Shown: positions 21,154-32,374, counted from the stretch's first letter. The stretch is DNA of 64,000 bases from Spirochaetota bacterium (GCA_963663865.1 OY760686.1:1568001-1632000), one strand, 5' to 3'. Numbers and translations are program-made. The notes: generated by a model from the letters alone, not told the origin.

Positions 21154-23595
21154 ATGAATCTTTCCAGATTAGTAATAGCGCTGAGTATCAGATCCAGATT
21201 TTCGCGTAGAAATTACATGAGAAACTTTCTCATGTTGTTGCTTGTTGCTCTCGTTTCAGTTCTTCTGTCGGGACGCGGTGCCGATACCGCCCCGGTCGGA
21301 TGGGAAAAAGCTCAGTATATTTCAAAGTACGGTCTGAAGGTTAGAAACGCCTCAGTCGACGCTAAGGGTAAATTTATTGCGGCCGCATTTGAGGCGGATG
21401 ACCGGAACGCGGGCCATGGGATTTACGCGTCTGTTTCCTTCGATGCTGGAATTAGCTATATTCCCTCCGTAAAAATTGCCGAAACAAACCGGGTTATTGC
21501 GAATAATCCCAGGGTAGCTGTTTCAGGCAATGGGCAGGTATTTGTTGCATGGCAGAATCATGAAATTTCAGATGCGGAAAACAGAATCAACTATGTGGTG
21601 TCACGCGATTTAGGAGCTACATGGAGCGAGGTTAAGAAGCTTAATCTTGGCCATGAGATGGAGATGCTTCCCAGGGTTTTCTACGATCACAAAAACCGCC
21701 TTCACCTGTTCTTCCATGCCATGAAGAGCGGTTCTTTTAACCTTTTTCACTGCACTACTGAAGACGGCCTCATCTTTAGCCCTGCTGTTGTTCTCGTTAA
21801 GCTCGCTTCAGATATGAGGGGGGCTTTTTTCCCTGCGATACACCTTTCGGGCAGCGGAATTTATATGGTCTGGCAGGGCAGGAGCGGGGATTTTACGGAC
21901 GATCTCTATTTTATGAAGTCGGCAAATTACGGCCGCAGCTGGACTTCTCCAGAAAGAATTACTTACAGCCGGGCGAGCGACGCGGCTCCGTCAATTTTGC
22001 TGTACGGTAATGACATATACGTTGTATATCAGAATAACGACGATAAAACATGGTCGATAAGGATGATCAGAGGGCTCGATTTCGGCGAAGACTGGGAAAA
22101 AACGCCGATTCAGGTTACCTCGACGAACTCGAACTGCCTTTCTCCCAGGATAGCTGTTTCAAGGCCTGAACAGCTTGTTGTAACCTGGTATGATACGCGT
22201 TCACGAGTACCTGCGGTTTTTTCATCGGAATATGATCTGTCTAAGAGGGCCTTTAGCGATGGAGCCCGGCTTTCTGATGAAAGACTGGCGGTTAGAAATC
22301 CTGAACTTGCTTCTTCCGGAAATAAGGCTCTCCTTTTCTGGGAGCAGGCAGACAGGCTTGTTACGAAATACAGCGATGTGTATGCTGCTCCTCCGGCGGT
22401 CTTTTCAGATACGCACCCCGAAGGTGTCTGGAGCAGGAATTCAACCGCGAGGATAGAGTGGAAGGCCCCTGATGACGAATCAGGCATAGTTGGCTACGCG
22501 ACCATGATTACGCGCCCCTCCCAGTCAGTCAGAGTTGAAGAGATAAATCCAACGATTCAAAACCTCAACGCGAGTTCCAATGTTGCCGTTCTCGCGGAGC
22601 TTGAGGATGGCGTGAATGTTTTTCACATAAGGGCTATTGATGGAGCCGGAAATTTAAGCCGTACAGTGCATTATAGAATACAGGTTAGCGTAAATCCGAT
22701 TCCAATGCCTCTTGTTATATCTCCGACGCACCGTCAGGGAGAGAAAGCTGATACGAATACAGCCACTTTCAAGTGGACAGTTGACGGAAGGGAAAGACTC
22801 AAGGGATTTGCTTACAGTCTTTCAAAAGACAGGCCTGAATACCCGGGGCTATTTGTCAGGGATTTCAGCAAGAGTTTCGAAAACCTCGAGCCGGGAAACT
22901 ATTTTTTCAGCCTGGCGGCAGTTGACAAGACCGACCGGTATAGTCCTGTTGCCGATTACCATATTGTAGTGGGAGATGTTGAGGCCTTGAACCAGGATGA
23001 ACTTCTTGAAAGAACGAAGGACAGAGACCGCGAGGCTTTGGACGAAAGGCGATGGCTTGCTGAAAAAGGGACAAGAACTCGGAGGATATCCGCTCCGAAA
23101 GCAGATATAATGCTTCCTTTCGAAGCAGGCACTGTTTTCGAAGGCAACTCGTTCAGAGCGGAAATAAGGGCAATCGGTATTAATCCTTCAAGAATTGAAG
23201 GTTACTATTTTAAATACGGGAGTGAACCGTCGGCTGAGGAGCTGAAAGTCAATTCGGGCAGAGTAGTGACGCTTGAGGGATTGAAGCCGGGCAAGTACTA
23301 TCTTTCAGCCAGGATCCGTTATCATACAATCTCTAAAGGGAGAAAGGTCTATCAGTGGTCAAGGCCTCACGATGCGGTTGTTGAAGTGGGTGCTGTTCCT
23401 GAAATTCGTCCGCTGAACCGGTATGCCGGAATGCTTATACGGAAACTGACAGGGACTAAAGCCATAATTCTCGGAGGAGGGCTGATCGTTTTTATGATGT
23501 CAGCACTTTTTTTCGGAGGGGCGGGGAGAATGCCTTTCTATTTTCGGCTGTATCGATACAGGTTAAAAACCATTATCAGGGCTGCTGTTCGATAA
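21154..23595 (+). CDS. Exported BNR/Asp-box beta-propeller protein with FN3/Ig-like domains and C-terminal TM (start may be 21217)
   Basis: Asp-boxes SFDAGISY, SRDLGATW, SANYGRSW, GLDFGEDW; repeated S.TH...W domains; TM plus basic tail. Confidence 0.8.
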   Translation: MNLSRLVIALSIRSRFSRRNYMRNFLMLLLVALVSVLLSGRGADTAPVGWEKAQYISKYGLKVRNASVDAKGKFIAAAFEADDRNAGHGIYASVSFDAGISYIPSVKIAETNRVIANNPRVAVSGNGQVFVAWQNHEISDAENRINYVVSRDLGATWSEVKKLNLGHEMEMLPRVFYDHKNRLHLFFHAMKSGSFNLFHCTTEDGLIFSPAVVLVKLASDMRGAFFPAIHLSGSGIYMVWQGRSGDFTDDLYFMKSANYGRSWTSPERITYSRASDAAPSILLYGNDIYVVYQNNDDKTWSIRMIRGLDFGEDWEKTPIQVTSTNSNCLSPRIAVSRPEQLVVTWYDTRSRVPAVFSSEYDLSKRAFSDGARLSDERLAVRNPELASSGNKALLFWEQADRLVTKYSDVYAAPPAVFSDTHPEGVWSRNSTARIEWKAPDDESGIVGYATMITRPSQSVRVEEINPTIQNLNASSNVAVLAELEDGVNVFHIRAIDGAGNLSRTVHYRIQVSVNPIPMPLVISPTHRQGEKADTNTATFKWTVDGRERLKGFAYSLSKDRPEYPGLFVRDFSKSFENLEPGNYFFSLAAVDKTDRYSPVADYHIVVGDVEALNQDELLERTKDRDREALDERRWLAEKGTRTRRISAPKADIMLPFEAGTVFEGNSFRAEIRAIGINPSRIEGYYFKYGSEPSAEELKVNSGRVVTLEGLKPGKYYLSARIRYHTISKGRKVYQWSRPHDAVVEVGAVPEIRPLNRYAGMLIRKLTGTKAIILGGGLIVFMMSALFFGGAGRMPFYFRLYRYRLKTIIRAAVR

Positions 23596-23596
23596 T

Positions 23597-25522
23597 ATGG
23601 GTTTTAAAAGAATCAGCATTATGTTATCATTTTTTCTCCTGGCAGCGTCAGTTTTCTCAGCTGACATTGAAGAGATGGACAGCCGGGCGCAGGAGCATTA
23701 TGACAGGAAGGAATTCACAAGTGCCATTTCCCTGTGGCTTGCGATACTTGACCTGAGTCCCGGAAATGAGAAAATCCAGTCAAAAATTGAGATGATTTAT
23801 GACCTGAAACAGAGAAAAGATGTTTCTCTTCAGAGGGCGAAGCTTAACTACAGAATTGCCTTAAAGAACTTCGATTTAAACTATGACCTGGCGAAGAGAA
23901 GGGCGCGACTGGCCATTGATGATTACATTGAAGCTTACAGGATTGACCCTGAGGATCAGGAGGTCCAGCTTCTGAAAGACGACATGAAAGTCCTCAACGA
24001 CAGGATTTCTGCTGAAGAGGAGAGGCAGAGGCTTTCGCGGGAACTCAGGATGAAGGCGGACGCTCTGGCTGTCAGGGCTGCACAGGAGATGGAGAAAGAG
24101 AATTATCCTGCCGCTCTGGCAATCTGGAATGAAATTCTCTCATTTTTACCTCAGGATGTCAATGCGCAGGAAGGCAAAAGAAAATGCGAGCTTGCGATTC
24201 AAAACAGAATACGATTTGAGACGATTAAATCATTCATCGTCAAAGGTAAAACTCTGTTTCAACAGAAAGAGTTCAGGGGAGCAAGGCTTGCGTTTTCACA
24301 GGCACTTAACCTTGACCCGAAAAACAGAGAGGCAAAGGACTATCTAAGGGATGTAGAAGAAGAGCTCAATAAGCTGCGGGAGTATGAGCAGAGGCGTGTG
24401 CAGGCTGAGAGCTTCTATCAGGCAGGGCTTAAGAGTGTTTCGGAAAACGACTTTGTTCAGGCACTCGACGATTTTGAAAGTGCCCTTGCCCTTATTGACA
24501 ATTACAGGGACGCACGCCAGAGAATAAGCGATATAGCCAGGCTCAGGAAGGAATACGAGGATCGGGAGAAAGCAAGGCGGCTGCAGACAATTGACAGAGA
24601 ATTTCAGCGCGGTGTCATATCTTTCACTGAAGGGCGATACCGGGAGGCCATCTCTGCTTTTGACAGAACACTAACCCTTGACCCGGGAAACAGCCAGGCT
24701 AAGGAATTTCTACAGCGCGCAAAGGATGCTGAGCGGGAGATGGCTGAAGAGGTAGTTGATGAATTCTCACCCTACTATGATATAGTAAACTCGCTTGTTG
24801 TGTCGGGTAAGGCTCTGTTTCAGAGAAAGAAATATCAGGAATCAAGGGAGAAATGGGCACAGATTCTCAATCTTTTCCCTAAAAATGCGATTGCAATTGA
24901 ATATATTTTAAAATGCGATGTAAATCTCAATCCGGAAAGGTACAAAACTTTTGCGGACAGAATAATTTCTCAGGCAAAGGAAGATATAGCAAGCCGCAGT
25001 TTTAAAGCGGCAGTGAGAAAGCTCGAACTTATAAAAAGTATTCAGCCGGATTATCCCGGTCTGAGCGCGCTTCTTGCAAAGGCAGGAAATGCAGCAAGGA
25101 GCCCGGCAGCGGATTTAAAACCTGGCGTTGTACCGGCCGATCCGGCAGAGATAGAAAGGAGGCTGCGACTTGCGGCACAGTACTTCCAGAGAGGAGGGCG
25201 CGAGAATTACAGGCTGGCGCTTGAAAACTACAGATGGATTACTGAGCGGAACCCGGAAAATATTCAGGCTGTGATTGGCCGAAACAAAATCGAATCTCAG
25301 CTGAGAATTGGGCAGGCTGCTCCCGACAGGCCCGCCGCGCGAACTCTGACTGCCGAGCAGAGGGCGCTTGTTAACAGGCATTACTACAATGGAATAAACT
25401 TTTATACAAATAATGACTTTAGAAGGGCAATTGAGGAGTGGCGAAGGGTGCTGGCTATTGACCCCAACCACGTTAAAGCCAGAAATAACATCAGAAAATC
25501 TCTTGGATTTCTTGGACGTTAA
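23597..25522 (+). CDS. Exported tetratricopeptide-repeat protein
   Basis: Signal peptide; many TPRs (e.g. A..AFSQALNLDPKN, AIEEWRRVLAIDPNH). Confidence 0.9.
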   Translation: MGFKRISIMLSFFLLAASVFSADIEEMDSRAQEHYDRKEFTSAISLWLAILDLSPGNEKIQSKIEMIYDLKQRKDVSLQRAKLNYRIALKNFDLNYDLAKRRARLAIDDYIEAYRIDPEDQEVQLLKDDMKVLNDRISAEEERQRLSRELRMKADALAVRAAQEMEKENYPAALAIWNEILSFLPQDVNAQEGKRKCELAIQNRIRFETIKSFIVKGKTLFQQKEFRGARLAFSQALNLDPKNREAKDYLRDVEEELNKLREYEQRRVQAESFYQAGLKSVSENDFVQALDDFESALALIDNYRDARQRISDIARLRKEYEDREKARRLQTIDREFQRGVISFTEGRYREAISAFDRTLTLDPGNSQAKEFLQRAKDAEREMAEEVVDEFSPYYDIVNSLVVSGKALFQRKKYQESREKWAQILNLFPKNAIAIEYILKCDVNLNPERYKTFADRIISQAKEDIASRSFKAAVRKLELIKSIQPDYPGLSALLAKAGNAARSPAADLKPGVVPADPAEIERRLRLAAQYFQRGGRENYRLALENYRWITERNPENIQAVIGRNKIESQLRIGQAAPDRPAARTLTAEQRALVNRHYYNGINFYTNNDFRRAIEEWRRVLAIDPNHVKARNNIRKSLGFLGR

Positions 25523-25546
25523 TATAATTTAACAGGAGCCGTTTGG

Positions 25547-27088
25547 ATGAATCAGACAGAGTCAGAGAATAAACAGGATAAGGTATTGAGGATTAAATTC
25601 GGACTTAGACTCAAGATTACTGTTTCCATAATAACACTCGTTGCGGCTGTCCTCGGAACAATTGCTGTATATTTTATTTTCAGGGAAAGCGAGCTTCTGA
25701 GGAATCAGATATTCGATTCTATGAAAAGAGAAATTGAACATCTTGCAGGGACTGCGCAGGAATCAATAGGGGTTGACGAACTTGCGATAATATCATCCAT
25801 CAAAAATCTGGAAAAGATTTCGTATATCAAGTATGCCTATGTGCTGAACAGAGACGGGCAGGTAATACAATATTTTCACAGAACTAAAAAAATGAATCCT
25901 GGAGAGAAGCTCGATGACGGATTGGCAAGAAGCTTCAATGAAGGAACATCTGAGACAAAAATCATTGATATTGAGGATTCTGAAGACAGCTCTGGAAGAA
26001 TTCATGATTTTTCACGACCGGTACTGAACAAATTAGACGGTAAGCCGATAGGAATGACTGTTATTGGGCTTTCGGATATTATCATCCGGAAAGAAATCGC
26101 CAATATGATCAGGATAATCGGTATTATATCATTGATTTTTCTTGGAATCTCCATAGCGGGCTCAGTAATACTCGCGGGCGTAATTATCAGGCCTATAAAA
26201 AAGCTGTCCACCGGAGCGATTCAGATAGGTAAAGGGGATTTGGATTACAGAATAAACCTGAATTCGGGAGATGAGCTTGGACTTCTTGCACGGGAGTTCA
26301 ATGATATGACAAGGCTAATAAAAGAGGGCAAGTCAAAGGAAATTGAAGCCAGGCTTATGCAGGAACAGCTTGATATGGCCCGTGACATTCAGGAAGGATT
26401 GAATCCCATGGGTTATTATGAGAAGAACGGCGTGCAGATTAAGGGTTTCACCAGAGCGGCAAAAGGAGTTGGCGGTGATTATTTCGATTATATCGATATC
26501 GATGAAAACAGAGTAGGGGCCCTTATAAGCGACGTTTCCGGGAAGGGTGTTCCTGCTTCGCTGGTTATGGTTATGATAAGAACTGTTTTTACTTCGTATA
26601 TCACAAGGGGTGATGTCGACTGTTCGAGCGTGGTTACCGCAATAAATGATGCGTTAAGCGCCGACTTTGCTATCGATAAGTTTGCCACATTGTTTTTTAT
26701 GATCTATGACAGGTCGACCAGAGAGCTTTCTTTTGCCAATGCCGGTCATGGTCCCCTGTTAACTTATCGGGCCGCCAAACACACATGTACTGCTGCGAAG
26801 CTTGACGGAGTCCCTATCGGGATTATGGATGGAGTTGATTATGAGCAGGCGAGGGTGAAAATGGAACCGGGTGATATGGTGCTGATGTATACCGACGGAA
26901 TAACAGAAATGAGAAACTCCGAAAAGGAGGAATTCGGCATAAAGAGGGTATACAGCTTAATACGAAAAAACCATAACATGAACGCTGAAGAATTCGTTGA
27001 CAAACTTGTAGATGACGTGGAAAGTTTCAGGGGCGAAACACCGCCACATGACGACATGACGGTGCTTATGCTGAAGGTTACTTCGTAG
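25547..27088 (+). CDS. Membrane sensor SpoIIE/RsbU-type PP2C phosphatase with HAMP domain
   Basis: Two TMs, HAMP (DELGLLAREFNDM), VGGDYFD, DVSGKG, NAGH, YTDG, DDMT. Confidence 0.93.
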   Translation: MNQTESENKQDKVLRIKFGLRLKITVSIITLVAAVLGTIAVYFIFRESELLRNQIFDSMKREIEHLAGTAQESIGVDELAIISSIKNLEKISYIKYAYVLNRDGQVIQYFHRTKKMNPGEKLDDGLARSFNEGTSETKIIDIEDSEDSSGRIHDFSRPVLNKLDGKPIGMTVIGLSDIIIRKEIANMIRIIGIISLIFLGISIAGSVILAGVIIRPIKKLSTGAIQIGKGDLDYRINLNSGDELGLLAREFNDMTRLIKEGKSKEIEARLMQEQLDMARDIQEGLNPMGYYEKNGVQIKGFTRAAKGVGGDYFDYIDIDENRVGALISDVSGKGVPASLVMVMIRTVFTSYITRGDVDCSSVVTAINDALSADFAIDKFATLFFMIYDRSTRELSFANAGHGPLLTYRAAKHTCTAAKLDGVPIGIMDGVDYEQARVKMEPGDMVLMYTDGITEMRNSEKEEFGIKRVYSLIRKNHNMNAEEFVDKLVDDVESFRGETPPHDDMTVLMLKVTS

Positions 27089-27412
27089 CTATAGCAGCTC
27101 GTCAGAGCTTTCGTATATTTTGAAAAACTTATCAAGAGTGGCCAGTTTAAGGATGTTGAGAACATCATCGTGTATGTTCATAAGAGCAAATTTGCCATTA
27201 TGTGCCCTCATTTTTTTCTGGCCGGCAACAAGAGCTCCAATTCCTGATGAGTCCATATAATTAACATTGGCCATATCGACCACTACGCTGTTGTATTTTC
27301 CGTCAGTAATGCTGAAAAGCGCTTTTTTCAACTCGCTCACATTGTACAGGTCAACTTCACCGCTTACTTCAATTATCTTATGCTCTCCTATGTCTTTGAA
27401 AGCGATATCCAT
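27089..27412 (-). CDS. STAS-domain anti-sigma-factor antagonist
   Basis: GEVDLY and YMDSSGIGAL; ATG is the reverse complement of CAT at 27410-27412, so the gene is on the minus strand (the ORF track labels it +). Confidence 0.92.
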   Translation of the reverse strand: MDIAFKDIGEHKIIEVSGEVDLYNVSELKKALFSITDGKYNSVVVDMANVNYMDSSGIGALVAGQKKMRAHNGKFALMNIHDDVLNILKLATLDKFFKIYESSDELL

Positions 27413-27683
27413 TCAAATCCCCCTGCTAATTATTAAACATATAGAAGCAGATTAAGTCAAATATTGTCAAATCATTATTATACAAAAAAAGCACAATCAG
27501 ACGGTTTATTTTAATTGTTCCACAATAACTGCTTGATCAAAAAAAATTGAATCGCCTGCTCACCGGTCAAATTGTTAACAATTAGCCCAATATTAATCTT
27601 TTTGAAAAGTAAACAATTTATGAATATTATCATACTTATTATCGGTAATGTAAAGCATAAAAATGGATTAAAATGGAAAGCAA

Positions 27684-27706
27684 AGCCGGGAGAAACTCTC
27701 CCGGCT
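27684..27706 (-). terminator. Hairpin/terminator after argG
   Basis: AGCCGGGAGA-AAC-TCTCCCGGCT just past the argG stop. Confidence 0.7.
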
Positions 27707-27713
27707 GAAAGAA

Positions 27714-28922
27714 TTACTTTTTGTATTTTTCTTGTAGAAGTGCTCCAACCTTAAGTGGTAGACCATAGATTCGCAAAAAGCCGGTTGCGTCCTTTTGATC
27801 GTAGAGATGGCTTTCATCAAAAGTAGCTATGTCTGGCTCGTAGAGAGTTATGTCAGACTTTCTTCCTACAACAGAGCACGATCCTTTAAAAAGCTTTACT
27901 CTCACGGAACCTGTCACATTTTTCTGGGTTTCGTTGATGAAGGCGTCAAGGGCTTCGCGCTTTTTGGTGAACCAGAGGCCATTGTAGACGAGTGTCGCAT
28001 ACTCTGACGCGAGCTTGTCTTTTAGATGCTGTGTGTCTCTGTCAAGAGTAATAGATTCGAGGTCACGGTGAGCCGCAAGAAGAACAGTTCCAGCAGGTGT
28101 TTCGTAGACCCCTCTCGATTTGATTCCAACGAGCCTGTTTTCGACAATATCGACCCTGCCAACGCCGTTTTCTCCGGCCATTTTGTTAAGTTTTTTCATC
28201 AGAGCTGAAGGGCCGAGCTTCTCTCCGTCAATCGAGACCGGCTCCCCTTTCTCAAAGCCAATTTCAACGTATGTTGGAGAATCAGGGGCCTTCTCAGGGG
28301 ATTTTGTCAGTATGAACATGCTTTCATCTGGCTCATTGTAGGGGTCTTCGAGTATACCGCCTTCATATGAGATGTGGAGTATGTTCCTGTCCATGCTGTA
28401 GGGCTTGTCCCTGGAGACCGGTACGGGGATGCCGTGCTTTTGCGCGTAGTCGAAAAGGCTTGACCTTGAGTTAAGCTCCCACTCCCTCCAGGGGGCTATT
28501 ATTTGAAGATGAGGAGCCAGGGCCATAAAGGCCATTTCAAAGCGCACCTGGTCATTGCCCTTTCCGGTTGCCCCGTGACAAACGGCATCAGCTCCTTCTT
28601 TCAGAGCAATTTCGACGTGTTTTTTCGCAATTACCGGCCTGGCCAATGATGTCCCGAGCAGGTATCTGTCCTCATAGATGGCATTTGCTTTGATTGCCTG
28701 AAAAACATATTCCTTTACAAATTCTTCAGTAAGGTCTTCGACATAGCATTTGGAAGCCCCTGTTTTTATCGCCTTTTCTTCAAGGCCGTCAAGTTCCTCT
28801 TCCTGACCCACATTGGCTGCGTAACATACTACCTCGCAATTGTATGTTTCAATGAGCCATTTGACTATGATGGATGTATCAAGTCCCCCTGAGTAAGCGA
28901 GTACTACTTTTTTTATGTCCAT
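27714..28922 (-). CDS. argG: Argininosuccinate synthase
   Basis: [32 protein letters not shown]. Confidence 0.97.
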   Translation of the reverse strand: MDIKKVVLAYSGGLDTSIIVKWLIETYNCEVVCYAANVGQEEELDGLEEKAIKTGASKCYVEDLTEEFVKEYVFQAIKANAIYEDRYLLGTSLARPVIAKKHVEIALKEGADAVCHGATGKGNDQVRFEMAFMALAPHLQIIAPWREWELNSRSSLFDYAQKHGIPVPVSRDKPYSMDRNILHISYEGGILEDPYNEPDESMFILTKSPEKAPDSPTYVEIGFEKGEPVSIDGEKLGPSALMKKLNKMAGENGVGRVDIVENRLVGIKSRGVYETPAGTVLLAAHRDLESITLDRDTQHLKDKLASEYATLVYNGLWFTKKREALDAFINETQKNVTGSVRVKLFKGSCSVVGRKSDITLYEPDIATFDESHLYDQKDATGFLRIYGLPLKVGALLQEKYKK

Positions 28923-28970
28923 TTATTTCTCCGGTTATAATTCTTTATCCGGATAAATCCGGAATTTATA

Positions 28971-29906
28971 CTATTTCATAAGCGCGCAAAGCAGAGCTTT
29001 TTGCAGGTGAAGGCGGTTTTCAGCCTGGTCAAATACAATCGACTGCGGTGAATCTATGACCTCCGCGTCAATCTCCTCGCCTCTGTGTGCGGGAAGACAG
29101 TGCATTACCTTGCAGTGGGCGGGGCACTTCCTCATTAGTTCAGCGGTTATGCGGTATTTGGAAAATGCCTTTTTTCGCTTGGCTGCTTCTTTCTCCTGCC
29201 CCATGCTTGTCCAGACATCTGTATAGAGGTAATCGCAGTTTACTACAGCGTCGTTGATTGATGTCGTTACAGCAATGGACGAACCGGTCTTTCGTGAAAT
29301 TTCTATAGCTGTTTCAACGACATGAAGGTCAGGCTGGTAACCTCTCGGACATACCGCAGTGATGTTAACTCCCAGGATAGCAGCGCCAAGCAGGAGCGAG
29401 TGGGCCATATTGTTTCCATCTCCGATGTAGACCAGGTTTGTGCCTTCGAGATTTCCTCTTTCATAAATTGTGAAGTAGTCCGTAAGGGCCTGACAAGGAT
29501 GAGCGTCATCAGTCAGTCCGTTGATTACAGGGATACTTGACTCCTTTGCAATCTCCACAACTTTAGAGTGCTGGTCAGTCCTGATCATAATTCCATCAAC
29601 GTAACGTGACAGGACCTTTGCGGTATCAGCAAAGGTTTCACCCCGTCCCAGCTGAATATCGTTCGAACTCAGGAACATCGCAAGACCTCCAAGTTCATAC
29701 ATGCCGGCCTCAAATGATACACGTGTTCGTGTCGAATTCTTTTCAAATATCATTGCCAGAGTTTTGTTTTTCAGCGGTTTTAACAGCTTCCCGGAGTTGC
29801 GTGTTTTTTTTAACTTTGAAGCAAGCTGAAAAATGGACAGAATCTCTTCTTTCGTCAGGTCATTGACTTCTAAAATATCTTTTGTATTTAGATGTGGAAT
29901 TTTCAC
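28971..29906 (-). CDS. argF: Ornithine carbamoyltransferase
   Basis: STRTR, HPCQ, SMG, HCLP motifs. Confidence 0.95.
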   Translation of the reverse strand: MKIPHLNTKDILEVNDLTKEEILSIFQLASKLKKTRNSGKLLKPLKNKTLAMIFEKNSTRTRVSFEAGMYELGGLAMFLSSNDIQLGRGETFADTAKVLSRYVDGIMIRTDQHSKVVEIAKESSIPVINGLTDDAHPCQALTDYFTIYERGNLEGTNLVYIGDGNNMAHSLLLGAAILGVNITAVCPRGYQPDLHVVETAIEISRKTGSSIAVTTSINDAVVNCDYLYTDVWTSMGQEKEAAKRKKAFSKYRITAELMRKCPAHCKVMHCLPAHRGEEIDAEVIDSPQSIVFDQAENRLHLQKALLCALMK

Positions 29907-29907
29907 T

Positions 29908-31119
29908 TTATTGTTCCTCTTGTGTGAGTATTTTTTCGAATATTGTTAATCCTTTTTTTACGAGAGAAGGCGCAATATTCAGGGCCGGAGCAAATCTTAT
30001 CACGTCGCCTGCTGTACAATTAATTACCAGTCCGGATTCAAGTGCTTTTTTTACAATATTTGCACCATCGGTTTTCACGGAGGCGCCTATTAAAAGCCCC
30101 ATTCCCCTGATCTCTTTGATGAGTCCGGTTCTATCCTTGATACGTGTCAGTTCATCAAAAATAAGAGAAGAAATCTTCTGAGCATTGTTCAATAGAGCGG
30201 GTCTGGAAATCTCTTTCAGGACCGCATGAGCGGATGCAGCTGCGAGGTGATTTCCGCCAAATGTTGAACCATGGACACCCTTTCCGAAATAGTCTGTAAG
30301 GAAACTCTTGGTATGTATGGCACCCACTGGAATACCGCCGCCAAGACCTTTCGCAAGTGTGATTACGTCCGGTAGGATGCCGTAGTTTTGATACGCGAAC
30401 GGTTTGCCGGTTCTTCCAATACCTGTCTGTACCTCGTCAACGATAGTCAGAATTCCGTTTCTCGTACAAATGTCGAAGATTTCAGCCACGAATCCATGTT
30501 CAGCGGGTATTATTCCGCCTTCGCCCTGTACGAGTTCAAGCATAACTGCGGCGGTTTTTTTGCTTTTATCCACAGCCTTTTTAAATGCCTTTATGTCGTT
30601 ATATGGCAGATACCTGAAGCCTCCTGGAAGGGGGCCGAAGCCGCTGTGAATTTTTGACTGTCCGGTTGCTGTCATGCTTCCCAGTGTTCGGCCGTGGAAT
30701 GAGCTCTGAAAGGTCACGATTTCGTAACGTTTATCGGAGGTAGATAAACCGTATCTTCTTGCAAGCTTGATTGCTGCTTCATTGGCTTCAGTCCCGCTGT
30801 TTACAAAGAGCGTCTTGCCGGGAAATGAAAGCTGTGACAGCAGCCTTGCGGCCTCAATCTGTTCAATATTGTAATAATGGTTGGACGTGTGAACGATCTT
30901 GTCCAGCTGTGAATGCAGTGCTTTCAGAACAGCCTTATTGCCGTGTCCAAGATTCTGTACGGCTATCCCAGCGAACAGGTCAATGTACTGCCTGCCGTCC
31001 TGGTCATAGAGTAGTGATCCTTCGCCTTTAACGAAACAGACTTCCTGCCTGTCGCCGTAATTCTGATAAAGGTGATGTTTGTCCAGATCGATGATTTTTT
31101 TCAGTTTTTTCGATATCAA
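29908..31119 (-). CDS. argD: Acetylornithine aminotransferase
   Basis: NSGTEANE, SFHGRT, DEVQTG, AKGLGGG, STFGGN; arg context. Confidence 0.92.
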   Translation of the reverse strand: MISKKLKKIIDLDKHHLYQNYGDRQEVCFVKGEGSLLYDQDGRQYIDLFAGIAVQNLGHGNKAVLKALHSQLDKIVHTSNHYYNIEQIEAARLLSQLSFPGKTLFVNSGTEANEAAIKLARRYGLSTSDKRYEIVTFQSSFHGRTLGSMTATGQSKIHSGFGPLPGGFRYLPYNDIKAFKKAVDKSKKTAAVMLELVQGEGGIIPAEHGFVAEIFDICTRNGILTIVDEVQTGIGRTGKPFAYQNYGILPDVITLAKGLGGGIPVGAIHTKSFLTDYFGKGVHGSTFGGNHLAAASAHAVLKEISRPALLNNAQKISSLIFDELTRIKDRTGLIKEIRGMGLLIGASVKTDGANIVKKALESGLVINCTAGDVIRFAPALNIAPSLVKKGLTIFEKILTQEEQ

Positions 31120-31216
31120 TTCCGGAACCCCGTAAAAAAAATAAAAATCGGACTGATCCGATTTATTCTAATACGTCCCGGCTTGACTTATTGTCAAGTA
31201 TTTATTCCGGCTGTAA

Positions 31217-32281
31217 TCAGGGAGAAAGGCAGTTTGTTGAGACTCCTCCAAAAAAAGTCAGGGCATCCATGTTTGATTTTTGCGCGAATATTATTGAATA
31301 TCCCGCTCCTGCCTTTAAAGTCACAGGACCCATTGACAGTCCAATACTGAAGGAAGTCTTTACGTAGAGGTTGTTTGAAATCTCCTCTCCGCTGACAACC
31401 CTGACAGGGCCGTCTTCCGCCGTGTCGTCATAATATCTGAATGTTGTCATGGAAACACCTGCTCCTGCAGTAAGCGAGAATCTGAAAGGTCCTGCAGGCA
31501 GGGTGAAGGCGACTCCGCCCCACGGTGAATATGAGTGCATCTGATTAAGATATGAGTACTCCGCGCCGTCTTTGTCCTCGGAATCGGTTGAGAAGTAGTC
31601 CATACCCGCAATAAATGAGGTATAAGGGATGAGACCAGATGAGTTAATTGAGATGTAAGGCGATACAATCCATGAATTATTATAGATATTGCTCCAGTCA
31701 CCCCGCGGGATTATACGACCGGCATCTATACCTGCAGAAAAGTACGAAAGAAATGAAGCGAAACCTCTGTAAGGGGACGGCTGTAACTCAACAAGGTTTT
31801 CTTTGATGAAAACATCAAGAACGCTGTTGATTGAACTCGACATGCTGCTCATCGGTGCGTCAATTACCGCTGAGAGTTTTAGAGGTTCTGTATCAAGCTG
31901 TTGTTTTCTGTTGAGAAGCGTGTTTATTATGTTCAGCCTTACGGACGTAGTGTCCTGCCCGAAGAGCACTGTGCCTGTGATAATGAAGTCGGCCTTTATT
32001 CCTCTGTCTATAAGAGCGCCTTTAAGATTTTCCTCTGAGGCACGGGAAGCGGTTGACTCGTCCAGCATGACGTTAATGCCTTCATGCTTTTCAAGATAGC
32101 TTGTAACAGCTCTCGGGATGACCTCCTGGAGATAGCCCTGGTCTGATACGTCGCCTTCACTCTTAAAAGGGGAGGATATTACTACTGACCACATGCGTTT
32201 ATTCTGCGCATTTTCGGCTGACAGAAGTTGCATGGAAAACAGTAATAAAGCAGCGGTTAACAGTAGTCTTCTCATAATCAA
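31217..32281 (-). CDS. Exported protein: TolB-N/CsgG-like N-domain plus small C-terminal beta-barrel
   Basis: Signal peptide; ADFIITGTV...VRLNII pattern; alternating aromatic/Gly strands at the C-terminus. Confidence 0.55.
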   Translation of the reverse strand: MIMRRLLLTAALLLFSMQLLSAENAQNKRMWSVVISSPFKSEGDVSDQGYLQEVIPRAVTSYLEKHEGINVMLDESTASRASEENLKGALIDRGIKADFIITGTVLFGQDTTSVRLNIINTLLNRKQQLDTEPLKLSAVIDAPMSSMSSSINSVLDVFIKENLVELQPSPYRGFASFLSYFSAGIDAGRIIPRGDWSNIYNNSWIVSPYISINSSGLIPYTSFIAGMDYFSTDSEDKDGAEYSYLNQMHSYSPWGGVAFTLPAGPFRFSLTAGAGVSMTTFRYYDDTAEDGPVRVVSGEEISNNLYVKTSFSIGLSMGPVTLKAGAGYSIIFAQKSNMDALTFFGGVSTNCLSP

Positions 32282-32374
32282 TAATATCTCTGTGGATTAT
32301 TACATCCGTTTCCAAAATGGACGGGCGTTAATGTTAAACAGACTATTATTTAATCAAAATGTCAAGGTATAAAA

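Noticed and set aside
27089-27412. ORF track labels the STAS ORF as + strand
   Set aside because: The protein reads only from the reverse complement (CAT at 27410-27412); annotated here as minus.
27619-27634. TATGAATATTATCATA as an ARG box
   Set aside because: Spacing is too short for the 18-bp box and it lies downstream of argG.
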